Source: Candidatus Omnitrophota bacterium (GTDB taxonomy: Bacteria > Omnitrophota > Gorgyraeia > B26-G9). Taken from it: DNA of 64,000 nt. A program made the position numbers and the translations under genes. Location of the stretch: assembly GCA_043814605.1 (NCBI GenBank), contig JBDRJV010000005.1:11453-75452 (forward strand), given 5' to 3'. Under the pieces are notes generated by a model that saw only the letters and a list, made by a program, of their open reading frames with translations, had not been told where the DNA came from and did not search any database. Shown here one piece after another: positions 9,351-19,642 of this stretch; position 1 is the stretch's first letter, and every line of letters starts with the position of its first letter.

Positions 9351-10457
9351 ATGAGGATAGCTTTAAAAAAAGGGGCAAAAATAGTTGTAAAAATTGGATC
9401 CAGCTTATTAACAAATGAGTCCGGTCGATTGGATATGCAAAAACTGGAAACTATTACCAAACAAATGTGTAGCCTTAAAAATAACGGCTATCATATAATT
9501 CTGGTTTCCTCTGGAGCAATTGCTTGCGGCATGGAAAAACTGGGACTTGAAAATCGTCCGGTTACAGTAATTGCATCCAGCGGAACTGCAGCTGTCGGAC
9601 AAATAATTCTTATGGATAGTTATGGGAATTATTTTAGAAAAAATAATTTTTTAACAGCTCAAATTTTACTTACATCCGATGGATTACAGGATCGCAAAAG
9701 ATATCTTAATGCCCGCAATACAGTTTTACATCTTTTGGATAAAGGTAATATTGTTCCGATAATTAATGAAAATGATGCGGTTATTACGGATGAGATAAAA
9801 TTTGGTGATAATGATAAGTTATCCGCGCAAGTAGCGACATTAATTGATGCCCAGCTTTTAATTATTTTATCCGACATCGATGGTGTATACGATAAACAAG
9901 GAAAAGTTATTGAAACTATAGACGAAATTGATGATTGCCTGATTTCAGTGGTTAAAGATACTAAAGGTAAAACGACAGTGGGGGGAATGATCACAAAATT
10001 TGAAGCAGCTAAAATTGCTACTAATGCGGGTATTCCTTTAGTAATCGCCAATGGCAATGACCCTAAAATTTTAAATAAAATTATTAAAAATAATAAAGCA
10101 GGAACGATTTTTCTTCCCAAAGATGACAAAATCTCCGGTAAAAAACGCTGGATTGCTTTTAGCTGTAAAGATTGCGGTAAAATTATTATTGATCAGGGTG
10201 CAGCCCAGGCTGTATTGGAAAAAGGAAAAAGTTTATTAGCAATCGGGATTAAAGCGGTTGAAGGGGATTTTAGTTTCGGAGATTTAATTGTAATTTGCAA
10301 TGAGAATCATCAAGAAATTGCCCGCGGTTTAGTTAATTACAGCAGTGATGAGCTAAAAAAAATTAAAGGTATTAAGACCGATGAAATTGAAAATATTTTA
10401 AAATACAAATCCTATGATGAAGTTGTTCACCGGGATAATTTAGTTGTGATAAAATAG
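9351..10457 (+). CDS. proB: glutamate 5-kinase with PUA domain
   Basis: Amino-acid kinase fold (VVKIGSSLL ... VSSGA) plus a C-terminal PUA domain. Confidence 0.9.
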   Translation: MRIALKKGAKIVVKIGSSLLTNESGRLDMQKLETITKQMCSLKNNGYHIILVSSGAIACGMEKLGLENRPVTVIASSGTAAVGQIILMDSYGNYFRKNNFLTAQILLTSDGLQDRKRYLNARNTVLHLLDKGNIVPIINENDAVITDEIKFGDNDKLSAQVATLIDAQLLIILSDIDGVYDKQGKVIETIDEIDDCLISVVKDTKGKTTVGGMITKFEAAKIATNAGIPLVIANGNDPKILNKIIKNNKAGTIFLPKDDKISGKKRWIAFSCKDCGKIIIDQGAAQAVLEKGKSLLAIGIKAVEGDFSFGDLIVICNENHQEIARGLVNYSSDELKKIKGIKTDEIENILKYKSYDEVVHRDNLVVIK

Positions 10458-10466
10458 GAGGCGAGA

Positions 10467-11732
10467 ATGTCAAAAAATTCTCTAAAAACAAAAATCATAA
10501 AAATTGCAAAACAAACTCAGAAAGCGGCAAAATTTTTGAATGCGGCTTCTACGGAACAAAAAAATAAAGCTTTAAGGGAAATGGCTCAAGGTCTCATAAA
10601 AAATGAGAAAGCAATTCTAGACGCAAACAAAAAAGATATTAAATTTGCCAAAGCTCAAGGAAAATCAAGTGCATTTTTAGATCGATTAACACTAACAGTA
10701 CCACGTATCCGATCCATGAGCGATGATTTAAAATCAATAATTGAATTGAACGATCCGATCGGAGAAGTGATAAAAGTTTGGCGGCGTCCGAATGATTTAA
10801 ATATTGCGAAGATACGTGTTCCCTTAGGAGTAATTGGAATTATTTATGAATCCCGGCCTAATGTGACTAGTGATTGTGCCGGACTATGTTTAAAATCTGG
10901 GAATGCAGTTTTATTGCGCGGGGGTAAAGAATCAATACATTCAAATGTTGCGATTTATAAAGTACTAGCCCAGGCTTTAGAAAAAGCCGGATTTCCGCGT
11001 GGTTGTGTGAGTTTAATTGAAACAACAGAACGGGAAGCAATTTCCATAATGCTTAAGTTGACTGAATATATTGATTTAGTTATCCCCCGCGGGGGAGAAG
11101 CATTAATCCGGAATGTAGTGGAAAATTCCCGAATACCGGTAATTAAACATGATAAAGGTATTTGTCATACTTATGTAGATAAGTATGCAGATTTGAATAT
11201 GGCGGAAGAAGTTTGTTTTAATGCAAAGGTACAAAAACCTTCGACTTGTAATGCTATGGAATGTTTATTAGTACATAAAAATGTAGCCGGTGAGTTTTTA
11301 CCGAGCATGATTAAGCGGTTTAAAAAAGCGAATGTTCAAATCAGAGCTTGTAAAAAAACACAGGCGATTTGTAAAGGATTAAGGCTGGCAACCGCAGCGG
11401 ACTATGCTACTGAATATTTAGATCTAATTTTATCAATTAAAATAGTTGAATCAATGCAGGAGGCGATGAATCACATCAGTAAATACGGATCAAAACATTC
11501 GGAGGCAATTATTACAAATAATTATAAAAATGGTATAAAGTTTTTAAAGCTTGTTGATGCCGCTTGCGTTTATTTAAATGCTTCTACCCGGTTTACAGAT
11601 GGCAATCAATTTGGCTTCGGAGCGGAAATAGGAGTAAGTACAGATAAACTTCATGCCCGTGGTCCGATGGGGCTGGAAGAATTAACAACATATAAATTTA
11701 CAATTATGGGAAATGGACAGATCAGAAGCTAA
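10467..11732 (+). CDS. proA: gamma-glutamyl phosphate reductase
   Basis: Aldehyde dehydrogenase-like fold with the catalytic Cys context STCNAMECLLVH, immediately downstream of proB. Confidence 0.9.
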   Translation: MSKNSLKTKIIKIAKQTQKAAKFLNAASTEQKNKALREMAQGLIKNEKAILDANKKDIKFAKAQGKSSAFLDRLTLTVPRIRSMSDDLKSIIELNDPIGEVIKVWRRPNDLNIAKIRVPLGVIGIIYESRPNVTSDCAGLCLKSGNAVLLRGGKESIHSNVAIYKVLAQALEKAGFPRGCVSLIETTEREAISIMLKLTEYIDLVIPRGGEALIRNVVENSRIPVIKHDKGICHTYVDKYADLNMAEEVCFNAKVQKPSTCNAMECLLVHKNVAGEFLPSMIKRFKKANVQIRACKKTQAICKGLRLATAADYATEYLDLILSIKIVESMQEAMNHISKYGSKHSEAIITNNYKNGIKFLKLVDAACVYLNASTRFTDGNQFGFGAEIGVSTDKLHARGPMGLEELTTYKFTIMGNGQIRS

Positions 11733-12330
11733 AAAATGTAAAAAAAATAAAAAAAAGATCGGAATTCTCGGAGGGACCTTTGACCCCATCCATATTGGGC
11801 ATCTATTTTTGGCTGATACGGTCAGACAAAATCTAAAATTGGATAAAATCCTATTTATTCCGGTAAATAAACCTCCGCATAAAGACAGAAGAAAAATCCT
11901 TAATAAAAACTTAAGATATCAAATGGTAAAATTAGCTATTGCTGGCAATCAGGATTTTATTGCATCGCCTGTTGAAATCAGGAAAAATGGAGTTTCTTAT
12001 TCTATTGAAACATTACGGATCTTAAAAAGATGTTATCCTGATGCGGATTTTTATTTAATCATTGGTTCCGATGCTTGTGCGGAATTAAAATTATGGAAAA
12101 ATATTGATGAATTGTTTAATTTGTGCCAGTTCGTTATGGCAGCGCGGCCAGATTTTAAAATCTCCTGCCGATCTCGATTGATGGAAAAAATTAAACAATT
12201 ACCAGGAAAATTTCTTAAAATTTCTAGTACACAAATTCGAAAAAAAATAAAAAAGGGAATATCCGTTAGATATTTAGTTCCGGAGAAGGTGTATCAGTTT
12301 ATTCATAAAAGAAAATTATATCGAAAATAA
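11713..12330 (+). CDS. nadD: nicotinate-nucleotide adenylyltransferase
   Basis: GILGGTFDPIHIGH HxGH motif; overlaps the end of proA. Confidence 0.85.
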   Translation: MDRSEAKKCKKNKKKIGILGGTFDPIHIGHLFLADTVRQNLKLDKILFIPVNKPPHKDRRKILNKNLRYQMVKLAIAGNQDFIASPVEIRKNGVSYSIETLRILKRCYPDADFYLIIGSDACAELKLWKNIDELFNLCQFVMAARPDFKISCRSRLMEKIKQLPGKFLKISSTQIRKKIKKGISVRYLVPEKVYQFIHKRKLYRK

Positions 12331-12334
12331 AAAT

Positions 12335-13339
12335 ATGGAAGATAATGTATTTATTTTAATGCCGATAATTTTGTTCGTGTTAGTTTTATTTTCGGCGTTT
12401 TTTGCTATGGCTGAGGTAGCTTTTGTTAGTTTAAACAAATTGCGTTTGCGTTATCTTTTAAATCAAAACAGAAAAAATGCAAATATTGTACATCGTATCA
12501 TTACAAATATGGATAAATTGATTGCGACAATTCTTGTCGGTAATAATTTTGTAAACATTGCAATTTCTGCACTGGGTACAGCAATTTTTATTTACTTCTT
12601 TGGCAATAATTTTAAAACTGTAGTGATTTCAACATTTATAATCACCTTAATTGTATTAATATTTGGAGAAATAACTCCGAAGCTTTTTGCGGTTAAACAT
12701 TCAGAAAAAGTATCTTTATCTGTTGCCTGGCTTATGGATTTAATTATTAAAATTTTATCTCCGATCGTAAAAATTTTTTTGGATATCAGTAATAGTTTTT
12801 TAAAGATTATTGGTCAGGCGCCAACGCGCAGATCACCCTTAGTAACAGAAGAAGAGATCAGATTAATGATTGAATTAGGCAAAGAAGATGGTGTTCTTAC
12901 TGATGGGGAACGCAGCATGTTACACCGAATTTTTGAATTTGGCGATACAATGGTTTATGAGGTAATGATGGGTGCAGATAAAATTGTAGCAATAGATATT
13001 AAGGCAACAGCAGAGGAGATATTAGATTTAATTATTGAAGAAGGACATTCACGGATCCCTGTTTACGACGGCAATTTAGATAATATTATCGGTGTAATTT
13101 ATGCCCGGGAATTGTTGAATATTTGGCGCAATAAAGATTTAATAATTATTCAGGATTTGTTGCATCCGCCTTATTTTGTTAACTCCCGGAAAAGAGTGAG
13201 TGAACTATTAAGAGATTTTCAGAAAATACATATTTATATGGCAATTATTGTTGATGATAAAAATAATACTCTGGGGTTAGTTACCTTGGAGGATTTGCTT
13301 GAAGAAATTGTCGGTGAAATTGAAGGCGATGTAAGTTAA
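12335..13339 (+). CDS. DUF21 (CNNM) transmembrane domain plus CBS-pair protein (HlyC/CorC-like, lacks the CorC C-terminal domain)
   Basis: Four N-terminal TM helices followed by two CBS motifs; the protein ends directly after the CBS pair. Confidence 0.75.
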   Translation: MEDNVFILMPIILFVLVLFSAFFAMAEVAFVSLNKLRLRYLLNQNRKNANIVHRIITNMDKLIATILVGNNFVNIAISALGTAIFIYFFGNNFKTVVISTFIITLIVLIFGEITPKLFAVKHSEKVSLSVAWLMDLIIKILSPIVKIFLDISNSFLKIIGQAPTRRSPLVTEEEIRLMIELGKEDGVLTDGERSMLHRIFEFGDTMVYEVMMGADKIVAIDIKATAEEILDLIIEEGHSRIPVYDGNLDNIIGVIYARELLNIWRNKDLIIIQDLLHPPYFVNSRKRVSELLRDFQKIHIYMAIIVDDKNNTLGLVTLEDLLEEIVGEIEGDVS

Positions 13340-13430
13340 TGAGAGCAATTAACAGGGAGCGAGTAACCGGCAGTTATAATCAGAAGCTTGTAACTTGTCA
13401 CCTGAAACCCGAGGGAGGTTAGTTTATATT

Positions 13431-13775
13431 TTGAAAAAAAGAGCGTTAAAAATCGTGGAATTAGCCCAAGCTGTAAAAGCAATAGAACCGGTTATTTTAG
13501 ATTTACGTAAAGTTTCAAATTTTTGTGATTTTTTTGTTATTATAACGGGGACATCACAGACTCATATCCGGGCAATTGCGGATAATATAGAAACGGGGTT
13601 GAAAAAACAAAGTTTAACCAGCAGACATAAGGAAGGATATAAATATACACATTGGGTAGTTTTAGATTATAACAGTGTTATTGTGCATATTTTTAATGAT
13701 GAAACCAGAAAGTTTTATGATTTGGAACACCTTTGGGCCGATGCGCCCATAGTTGAAATAAATCAGAAAGGTTAA
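13431..13775 (+). CDS. rsfS: ribosome silencing factor RsfS (Iojap)
   Basis: DYNSVIVHIFNDETRKFYDLEHLW. TTG start 12 nt after GGAGG; the longer ORF from 13395 has no ribosome-binding site. Confidence 0.8.
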   Translation: MKKRALKIVELAQAVKAIEPVILDLRKVSNFCDFFVIITGTSQTHIRAIADNIETGLKKQSLTSRHKEGYKYTHWVVLDYNSVIVHIFNDETRKFYDLEHLWADAPIVEINQKG

Positions 13776-13776
13776 T

Positions 13777-14493
13777 ATGGATTTTTTACTATATGTTTTT
13801 TTTGCCGTATTACTATTTGTCGGAATTTTCATCGGTTATGCGATTCGGGCAAAAGAAGAAAAAATGCGCCAGAAACGAATTTGGACAAGGGTTGAAAGGC
13901 GCAATATTATGCGGACAATTAATGCCCTGGTTTCGGCAATTGATTTTAAAGATCATTTAACAAAAAATCATTCGGATAATGTCAAACATTATGCTTGTGC
14001 GATTGCCGAAGAAATGGGATTATCCATGACGGAGATTAAAGAAATCCAAGAAGCTTGTCAGGTGCATGATTTAGGAAAAATTGGGATTCATGATAATATT
14101 TTATTAAAACCGGATAGTTTAACTGAAAAAGAATATCAAGAAATTAAATCCCATTCTCTCGCCGGGGCGATTATTTTAAAGCCATTTCATTTTTTAAAAA
14201 AAGTTGTTAAATTAGTACGTCAACATCATGAACGCTATGATGGCACAGGCTATCCGGACGGGCTCAGCGGTAAAAATATTGATCTAGGAGCCAGGATTAT
14301 GTCTGTAGCGGATAGTTTTGATGCGATGACTCAGGATCGGCCTTACCGTGATGCCATGACTCAAACGCAGGCAATTGAAGAATTAAGGATGAATAGCGGT
14401 ACCCAGTTTGATCCTAAAGTTGTAGAAGCGTTTCTTAAAGTTCTGGAAAAAAAACCTGATATTATAAAACGCAAAGGAGAAATTATCGAATGA
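13777..14493 (+). CDS. HD-GYP domain c-di-GMP phosphodiesterase-like protein with N-terminal TM helix
   Basis: HD ... HDLGKIG ... HHERYDGTGYPDGL gives the HD and GYP signatures. The gene overlaps the argS start by 4 nt. Confidence 0.8.
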   Translation: MDFLLYVFFAVLLFVGIFIGYAIRAKEEKMRQKRIWTRVERRNIMRTINALVSAIDFKDHLTKNHSDNVKHYACAIAEEMGLSMTEIKEIQEACQVHDLGKIGIHDNILLKPDSLTEKEYQEIKSHSLAGAIILKPFHFLKKVVKLVRQHHERYDGTGYPDGLSGKNIDLGARIMSVADSFDAMTQDRPYRDAMTQTQAIEELRMNSGTQFDPKVVEAFLKVLEKKPDIIKRKGEIIE

Positions 14494-16199
14494 GTCAGGA
14501 TTTAAAAAATACAATAATTAAGATAGTTGAGAAAATAGTTAGGCGAAAAATTCCGCCAGGGGATAAATTACCTATTGAACTCACAATACCGAAAGAAAAG
14601 CAATTTGGAGATTGGTCTTTAAATATTGCGATGCGGCTGGTGAAAATACTCAAAAAATCTCCTCAAGAAATTGCCCAGATGATTATTGAGTTGATAAAAA
14701 AAGAATTGGCTAAATTAAATTTAACTGACCGCTTTGAAAGAATTGAATTCAAAAACCCCGGGTTTATAAATATTAGTTTATCGGCAAGCGCCCTTTTTGA
14801 TATTTTAAATGAAGTGCAAGCGCAAAAACAGGATTTTGGAAAATCTGCTTACGGGCAAAACAAAAAAGTTTTAATAGAGTTTGTCAGCGCTAATCCGACT
14901 GGTCCTTTAAGTATTGCGCATGCCCGGCAGGCAGCTGTAGGTGATGCCTTAGCTAATATTTTAAATTTTTGCGGATTTCGTGTTTCGCGTGAATATTATA
15001 TCAATGATGAAGGAAATCAAATAAAAAATTTAGGATTAAGTTTACGGGCAAGATATTTAGAATTGCTTAAAGTGGAATGTGTGAATTTTCCTGAAGATGG
15101 ATACAAGGGGCAATATTTATATGAATTGGCTAAAAAAATAATTACGGTTTTCAAGGATAAATATAAACAGCAATCGATAGAGGAATCTTTGCCTTTTTTT
15201 TCTGAATATGCAGCCAATGAAATTTTAACACAAATCAAAAATGAGCTGCTTAAATTTGGGGTAAAATTTGATAATTGGTATTCACAAAAAGACCATATTA
15301 CCAAAGAAAATATTGACCAGGTTTTAGCCCAATTAACAGATAAAGGATTTATTTATATTCAGGATGGGGCAACTTGGTTTAAGTCCACAGAATTTGGGGA
15401 TGATAAAGATAGAGTGCTAATTAAAAGTGATGGACAAATGACTTATCTGATGCCGGATATTGCTTATCATAATTTAAAATTTGAACGTGGATTTAACCGC
15501 TTAATTGATATTTTAGGCCCAGATCATCATGGATATATTAACCGTCTCAAAGCAGCGGTTTGTGCACTCGGGTACACAAAGGATGACTTATCAATCTTGG
15601 TTATTCAATTAGCCACATTATTTCGTGAGGGAAAACCTGTAATGATGTCTACTCGGGCCGGAGAATACATAACTTTAACGGAATTAATTGAAGAAGTAGG
15701 TGCTGATGCGGCCAGGTTTTTCTTCCTGATGCGCCGGTGTGATTCTCATTTAGAATTTGATTTAGAATTAGCGAAAAAACAAACTTTAGAAAATCCGGTC
15801 TATTATGTTCAATATGCGCATGCGAGAATTTGCGGAATTCGGGAAACATTTGCCGCTAATGCCGAATCTCAAGAAATGGTAAATATAGAGAACATATTAA
15901 AAACAGCAGATTTATCATTGCTGAAAGAAGCAGAATGTTTTGATTTAATGCGTAAATTAAATTGTTTCACGGAGATATTGATTAATGCCGCATCGGAATG
16001 TGAGGTACAAGGATTAACAACTTATTTACGACAACTTGCCGGAGAATTCCATGCTTTTTATAATAAATACAGAATTTATACCGAAGATAAAACTCAAAAA
16101 GAATTTTCGAAAGCAAGATTTTTGCTTGTAGATTGTGTCCGCCAGGTTTTATTTAATGGATTGAGTTTGTTAGGAGTGAGTGCCCCGGAGGAGATGTAA
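14490..16199 (+). CDS. argS: arginine--tRNA ligase
   Basis: SANPTGPLSIAHARQAAVGDA HIGH-region, a DALR anticodon-binding C-terminus, 569 aa. Confidence 0.9.
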   Translation: MSQDLKNTIIKIVEKIVRRKIPPGDKLPIELTIPKEKQFGDWSLNIAMRLVKILKKSPQEIAQMIIELIKKELAKLNLTDRFERIEFKNPGFINISLSASALFDILNEVQAQKQDFGKSAYGQNKKVLIEFVSANPTGPLSIAHARQAAVGDALANILNFCGFRVSREYYINDEGNQIKNLGLSLRARYLELLKVECVNFPEDGYKGQYLYELAKKIITVFKDKYKQQSIEESLPFFSEYAANEILTQIKNELLKFGVKFDNWYSQKDHITKENIDQVLAQLTDKGFIYIQDGATWFKSTEFGDDKDRVLIKSDGQMTYLMPDIAYHNLKFERGFNRLIDILGPDHHGYINRLKAAVCALGYTKDDLSILVIQLATLFREGKPVMMSTRAGEYITLTELIEEVGADAARFFFLMRRCDSHLEFDLELAKKQTLENPVYYVQYAHARICGIRETFAANAESQEMVNIENILKTADLSLLKEAECFDLMRKLNCFTEILINAASECEVQGLTTYLRQLAGEFHAFYNKYRIYTEDKTQKEFSKARFLLVDCVRQVLFNGLSLLGVSAPEEM

Positions 16200-17576
16200 A
16201 TGAAAGATAAATATGATGTGGCAATTATTGGTTCAGGACCGGGTGGCTATGTTGCCGCAATTCGCGCTGCTGTATTGGGATTAAGTGTGTGTTTAATCGA
16301 AAAATCGTCTTTAGGCGGGGTATGTTTAAATTGCGGCTGTATTCCCACAAAAACATTGCTGAAAAGTGCACATACATTTGACATTCTGAAAAAAGCTGCG
16401 GATTTAGGGATTAATGCGGAAAAAATAGAGTTTAATTATTCAGTATTCCAAACAAGAAAAAATACGTTAATCAGCCAATTACGTAAAGGCATTGAATTCA
16501 TTTTAAAAAAACGTGATGTTGATATTATATTTGGTCAAGCAAAGATTATTGATCAAAACTCTCTTTTGGTCAAGGATAAAAAAATTAGTTTTGCGCATTG
16601 TATTATTGCTACCGGGTCAGAACCGATTGAATTACCTAATGTCAGATTTAATAGAAATGACGGGATTCTGGATTCTCAGGATATTTTAGAACTGGAGGCT
16701 ATTCCGAAGAATTTGTTAATCATTGGGGGGGGTGTTATTGGCTGTGAATTTGCTGATCTTTTTGCAACTTTAGGTTCAAAGGTGACAGTGGTTGAACTTG
16801 CCCCAAATATTTTGATTAATGAAGATCCGGAAATTGTACGTTTTTTAATTAATGATTTAAAGAAAAAGAGTGTTAAGCTAAATACACAAACTCAGGTTCA
16901 TAGTATCGAAAAAGTTAAAAACGGATTAAGTACAGTTATTTTTAGTTCAGGGGACAAACAGCAATTTGAGAAAATTCTCATTGCTGTAGGAAGAAAATCA
17001 AATACGGATGGTTGGGGGATTGAAAATATCGGAATAAAATTAGAAAAAGGTAAGATTATTGTGAATGAGCGCATGCAAACCAATACTCCTAATTTTTATG
17101 CTGTTGGTGATGTTGTTGGCAAAAGTTTTCTAGCGCATCTTGCTTCCCGAGAAGGAATTGTGGCAGCTGAAAATATTGCTAACTTAACTTCAACAGTTAA
17201 TTATCAAGCTGTGCCGCGTTGTGTTTATACGCAGTTGCAAGTTGCCAGTGTCGGGATGACCATGCCGGAAGCTCAAGCCCAAAAAATTCCTATAAAAATA
17301 GGAAAATTTCCTTTTACTGCTTCATCAAAAGCAGTTATTGAAAAGCAGACACAAGGAATGGTAAAAATAATTGCCCATGCGGATAATAATAAAATTTTGG
17401 GGGTTTCTATTTGCGGGCCAGAGGCTACGGAATTAATTCATGAAGCAGTAGTTGCTTTAAATGCTTCTATGGAAATGGGGCAATTTGTGCAAATAGTGCA
17501 TGCGCACCCGACATTATCTGAATCTATATTGGAAGCAGCAGAAAGTTTAGCAAAAAAACCGATTCATATACTCTAA
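16200..17576 (+). CDS. lpdA: dihydrolipoyl dehydrogenase (E3)
   Basis: GSGPGGY FAD motif and CLNCGCIPTK redox disulfide; the start abuts the argS stop. Confidence 0.9.
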   Translation: MKDKYDVAIIGSGPGGYVAAIRAAVLGLSVCLIEKSSLGGVCLNCGCIPTKTLLKSAHTFDILKKAADLGINAEKIEFNYSVFQTRKNTLISQLRKGIEFILKKRDVDIIFGQAKIIDQNSLLVKDKKISFAHCIIATGSEPIELPNVRFNRNDGILDSQDILELEAIPKNLLIIGGGVIGCEFADLFATLGSKVTVVELAPNILINEDPEIVRFLINDLKKKSVKLNTQTQVHSIEKVKNGLSTVIFSSGDKQQFEKILIAVGRKSNTDGWGIENIGIKLEKGKIIVNERMQTNTPNFYAVGDVVGKSFLAHLASREGIVAAENIANLTSTVNYQAVPRCVYTQLQVASVGMTMPEAQAQKIPIKIGKFPFTASSKAVIEKQTQGMVKIIAHADNNKILGVSICGPEATELIHEAVVALNASMEMGQFVQIVHAHPTLSESILEAAESLAKKPIHIL

Positions 17577-17641
17577 TTTATTCTTCATTTAATTTTAATT
17601 AGCTTAATGGTGTAATTGTTAGTGTAATAAATAATTATGGC

Positions 17642-17669
17642 TTGACAAAAAAAAGTAAAATGTTACGAT
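17642..17669 (+). promoter_or_regulatory. sigma70-like promoter (TTGACA-16-TACGAT) for the lipoyl-domain gene
   Basis: TTGACA at 17642-17647, TACGAT at 17664-17669, and AAGGAGGG 5 nt before the ATG at 17704. Confidence 0.4.
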
Positions 17670-17703
17670 TAATTAATAAATATTTTCAATTCAAGGAGGG
17701 AAA

Positions 17704-17943
17704 ATGAGAGATATATTATTGCCTGATTTTGGGCCCGATATAGAGGAAGCAACAATATCTTTTTGGCATGTTGAGGAAGGAGAACATGTTGAGGCCGGAA
17801 CAAATATTGTTGAGGTTACAACTGATAAAAGTACAGTTAATGTGCCGAGTCCCTGTGCAGGGGTAATTACAGAACTTATTGCAGTAGAAGGTGAGACGGT
17901 TACAGTCGGGAATATTATTGCTCGGATTGAGGAGGAAGATTAA
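17704..17943 (+). CDS. stand-alone biotin/lipoyl attachment domain protein (79 aa)
   Basis: VEVTTDKSTVNVPSPCAGVI is a lipoyl-lysine motif in a hybrid-barrel domain. No E2 catalytic domain or E1 gene lies nearby. Confidence 0.7.
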   Translation: MRDILLPDFGPDIEEATISFWHVEEGEHVEAGTNIVEVTTDKSTVNVPSPCAGVITELIAVEGETVTVGNIIARIEEED

Positions 17944-17944
17944 A

Positions 17945-18430
17945 ATGGATGAAATTTTAGAAATTCTCGAAAAAGATGCAAGAATGAGTGCTGAAGAAAT
18001 TGCAAAATTTTCAAAACAGAATGTACAAACTGTTAAGAAAAAAATAAAAAAATTTGAAAAAGACGGTGTAATTTTAGGCTACAAGACGATTATTAATAAA
18101 GAATTGGTTAGAAATAAAGATAATGAAGTCAGGGCGCTGATTGAAGTTAATGTTTTGCCTCAGAAAAATTTAGGATTCGATCATATTGCCAAAAGAGTTT
18201 ATCAGTTTCCGGAAGTGGCCAGTTGTTATCTTGTTTCGGGAACATATGATCTGCTTTTAGTCGTTGAGGGTAAAGATATGCAAACAATATCAAATTTTAT
18301 TGCGGAGAAACTCTCGCCTATGGAAAATGTGAGAGGGACAGTAACTCACTTTCTCTTAAAAAAATATAAAGAGGACGGGGTGATTTTAAAACATAAAGAC
18401 GAAAATAAAAGGATTGCGATATCCTATTAA
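17945..18430 (+). CDS. Lrp/AsnC family transcriptional regulator
   Basis: HTH N-terminus (ILEILEKDARMSAEEIAKFS) and a RAM domain C-terminus. ATG sits 1 nt after the upstream stop; the longer frame from 17891 was rejected. Confidence 0.8.
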   Translation: MDEILEILEKDARMSAEEIAKFSKQNVQTVKKKIKKFEKDGVILGYKTIINKELVRNKDNEVRALIEVNVLPQKNLGFDHIAKRVYQFPEVASCYLVSGTYDLLLVVEGKDMQTISNFIAEKLSPMENVRGTVTHFLLKKYKEDGVILKHKDENKRIAISY

Positions 18431-18451
18431 TTTTAAGGATTAAGATAACAA

Positions 18452-19624
18452 ATGAATATAAAAAAATTAGTTGCGAAAAAAGTAGAACAACTTGCTCCTT
18501 CTGGAATAAGAGCTTTTTTTGATTTAGTTTTAGGGATGAAAGATGTTATTAGCTTAGGGGTGGGAGAACCGGATTTTATTACGCCCTGGAATATCCGAGA
18601 AACCGGGATTTTTTCTTTAGAACAAGGATATACATCATATACATCCAATAAAGGGCTCTATAAATTAAGATTTTTAATCCAGCGTTTACTTAAACAGCAA
18701 TATGATCTTTCCTATTGTGCGGATGAGGAAATTTTAATTACCGTAGGGGTTAGTGAAGCTTTGGATCTGGCGGTAAGGGCAATTCTTAATGCTCAGGACC
18801 AGGTACTTGTGCCTGAGCCTTGTTATGTTTCTTATGCTCCGGTTGTTGAATTGGCACACGGAAAGCCGGTAAGACTTGCGACAACAGAGAAATTAAAATT
18901 TAAAATTACTCCGGAACAAATTGAGCGTGCTTGTAATAGAAAAACTAAGGCAATAATTTTGAATTATCCTTCTAATCCGACCGGTTCTACATATAATCTG
19001 GCGGAACTCCAAAAAATTAATGCGGTATGTAAAAAACACAATTTAATTGTTATCAGTGATGAGGTTTATGGAGATTTAACGTATGATAGAGAACATATCC
19101 CGTTTCCCATATTAAAAGGAGCTCAGAAGTATACTATTTATTTAAACGGTTTTTCTAAGGCTTATGCAATGACTGGCTGGCGAATTGGGTATGCTTGCGG
19201 GCCAAAGCCAATTATCGCCGCGATGACAAAAATACATCAATATACTATACTTTGTGCTCCGATTATGAGTCAGATGTCGGCTTGTGAAGCATTGCAAACA
19301 GGACGGCATAGTCTAGAAATGATGAAACGTGAATATAAACGCCGACGAAATTTTATGTTTGAAAGTCTTAATGAAATAGGTTTAGTTTGTGCTAAACCAG
19401 AGGGAGCTTTTTATATTTTCCCGAGTATTAAACAAGTAGGCTTGAGTTCTTTAGACTTTGCAAACTTACTTTTAAAACAACAAAAAGTAGCTGTGGTTCC
19501 AGGAGTTGCTTTTGGCAAGCAGTATGATGATTTTGTGCGGATGTCTTATGCCACAAATTATTTACAGCTTAAAGAAGCGGTTAAATGTATTAAAATTTTT
19601 GTGGATAAATACAAAAAAATTTAA
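18452..19624 (+). CDS. class I/II pyridoxal-phosphate aminotransferase (aspartate/aromatic aminotransferase-like)
   Basis: NGFSKAYAMTGWRIGY PLP-lysine motif and an NYPSNPTG motif. Confidence 0.85.
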   Translation: MNIKKLVAKKVEQLAPSGIRAFFDLVLGMKDVISLGVGEPDFITPWNIRETGIFSLEQGYTSYTSNKGLYKLRFLIQRLLKQQYDLSYCADEEILITVGVSEALDLAVRAILNAQDQVLVPEPCYVSYAPVVELAHGKPVRLATTEKLKFKITPEQIERACNRKTKAIILNYPSNPTGSTYNLAELQKINAVCKKHNLIVISDEVYGDLTYDREHIPFPILKGAQKYTIYLNGFSKAYAMTGWRIGYACGPKPIIAAMTKIHQYTILCAPIMSQMSACEALQTGRHSLEMMKREYKRRRNFMFESLNEIGLVCAKPEGAFYIFPSIKQVGLSSLDFANLLLKQQKVAVVPGVAFGKQYDDFVRMSYATNYLQLKEAVKCIKIFVDKYKKI

Positions 19625-19642
19625 ATAATTTTAGGTAGCCTC

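Noticed and set aside
17891-17944. Longer Lrp/AsnC frame starting inside the lipoyl-domain gene.
   Set aside because: The ATG at 17945 directly follows the upstream stop and begins the conserved HTH N-terminus; the extension overlaps the upstream CDS.
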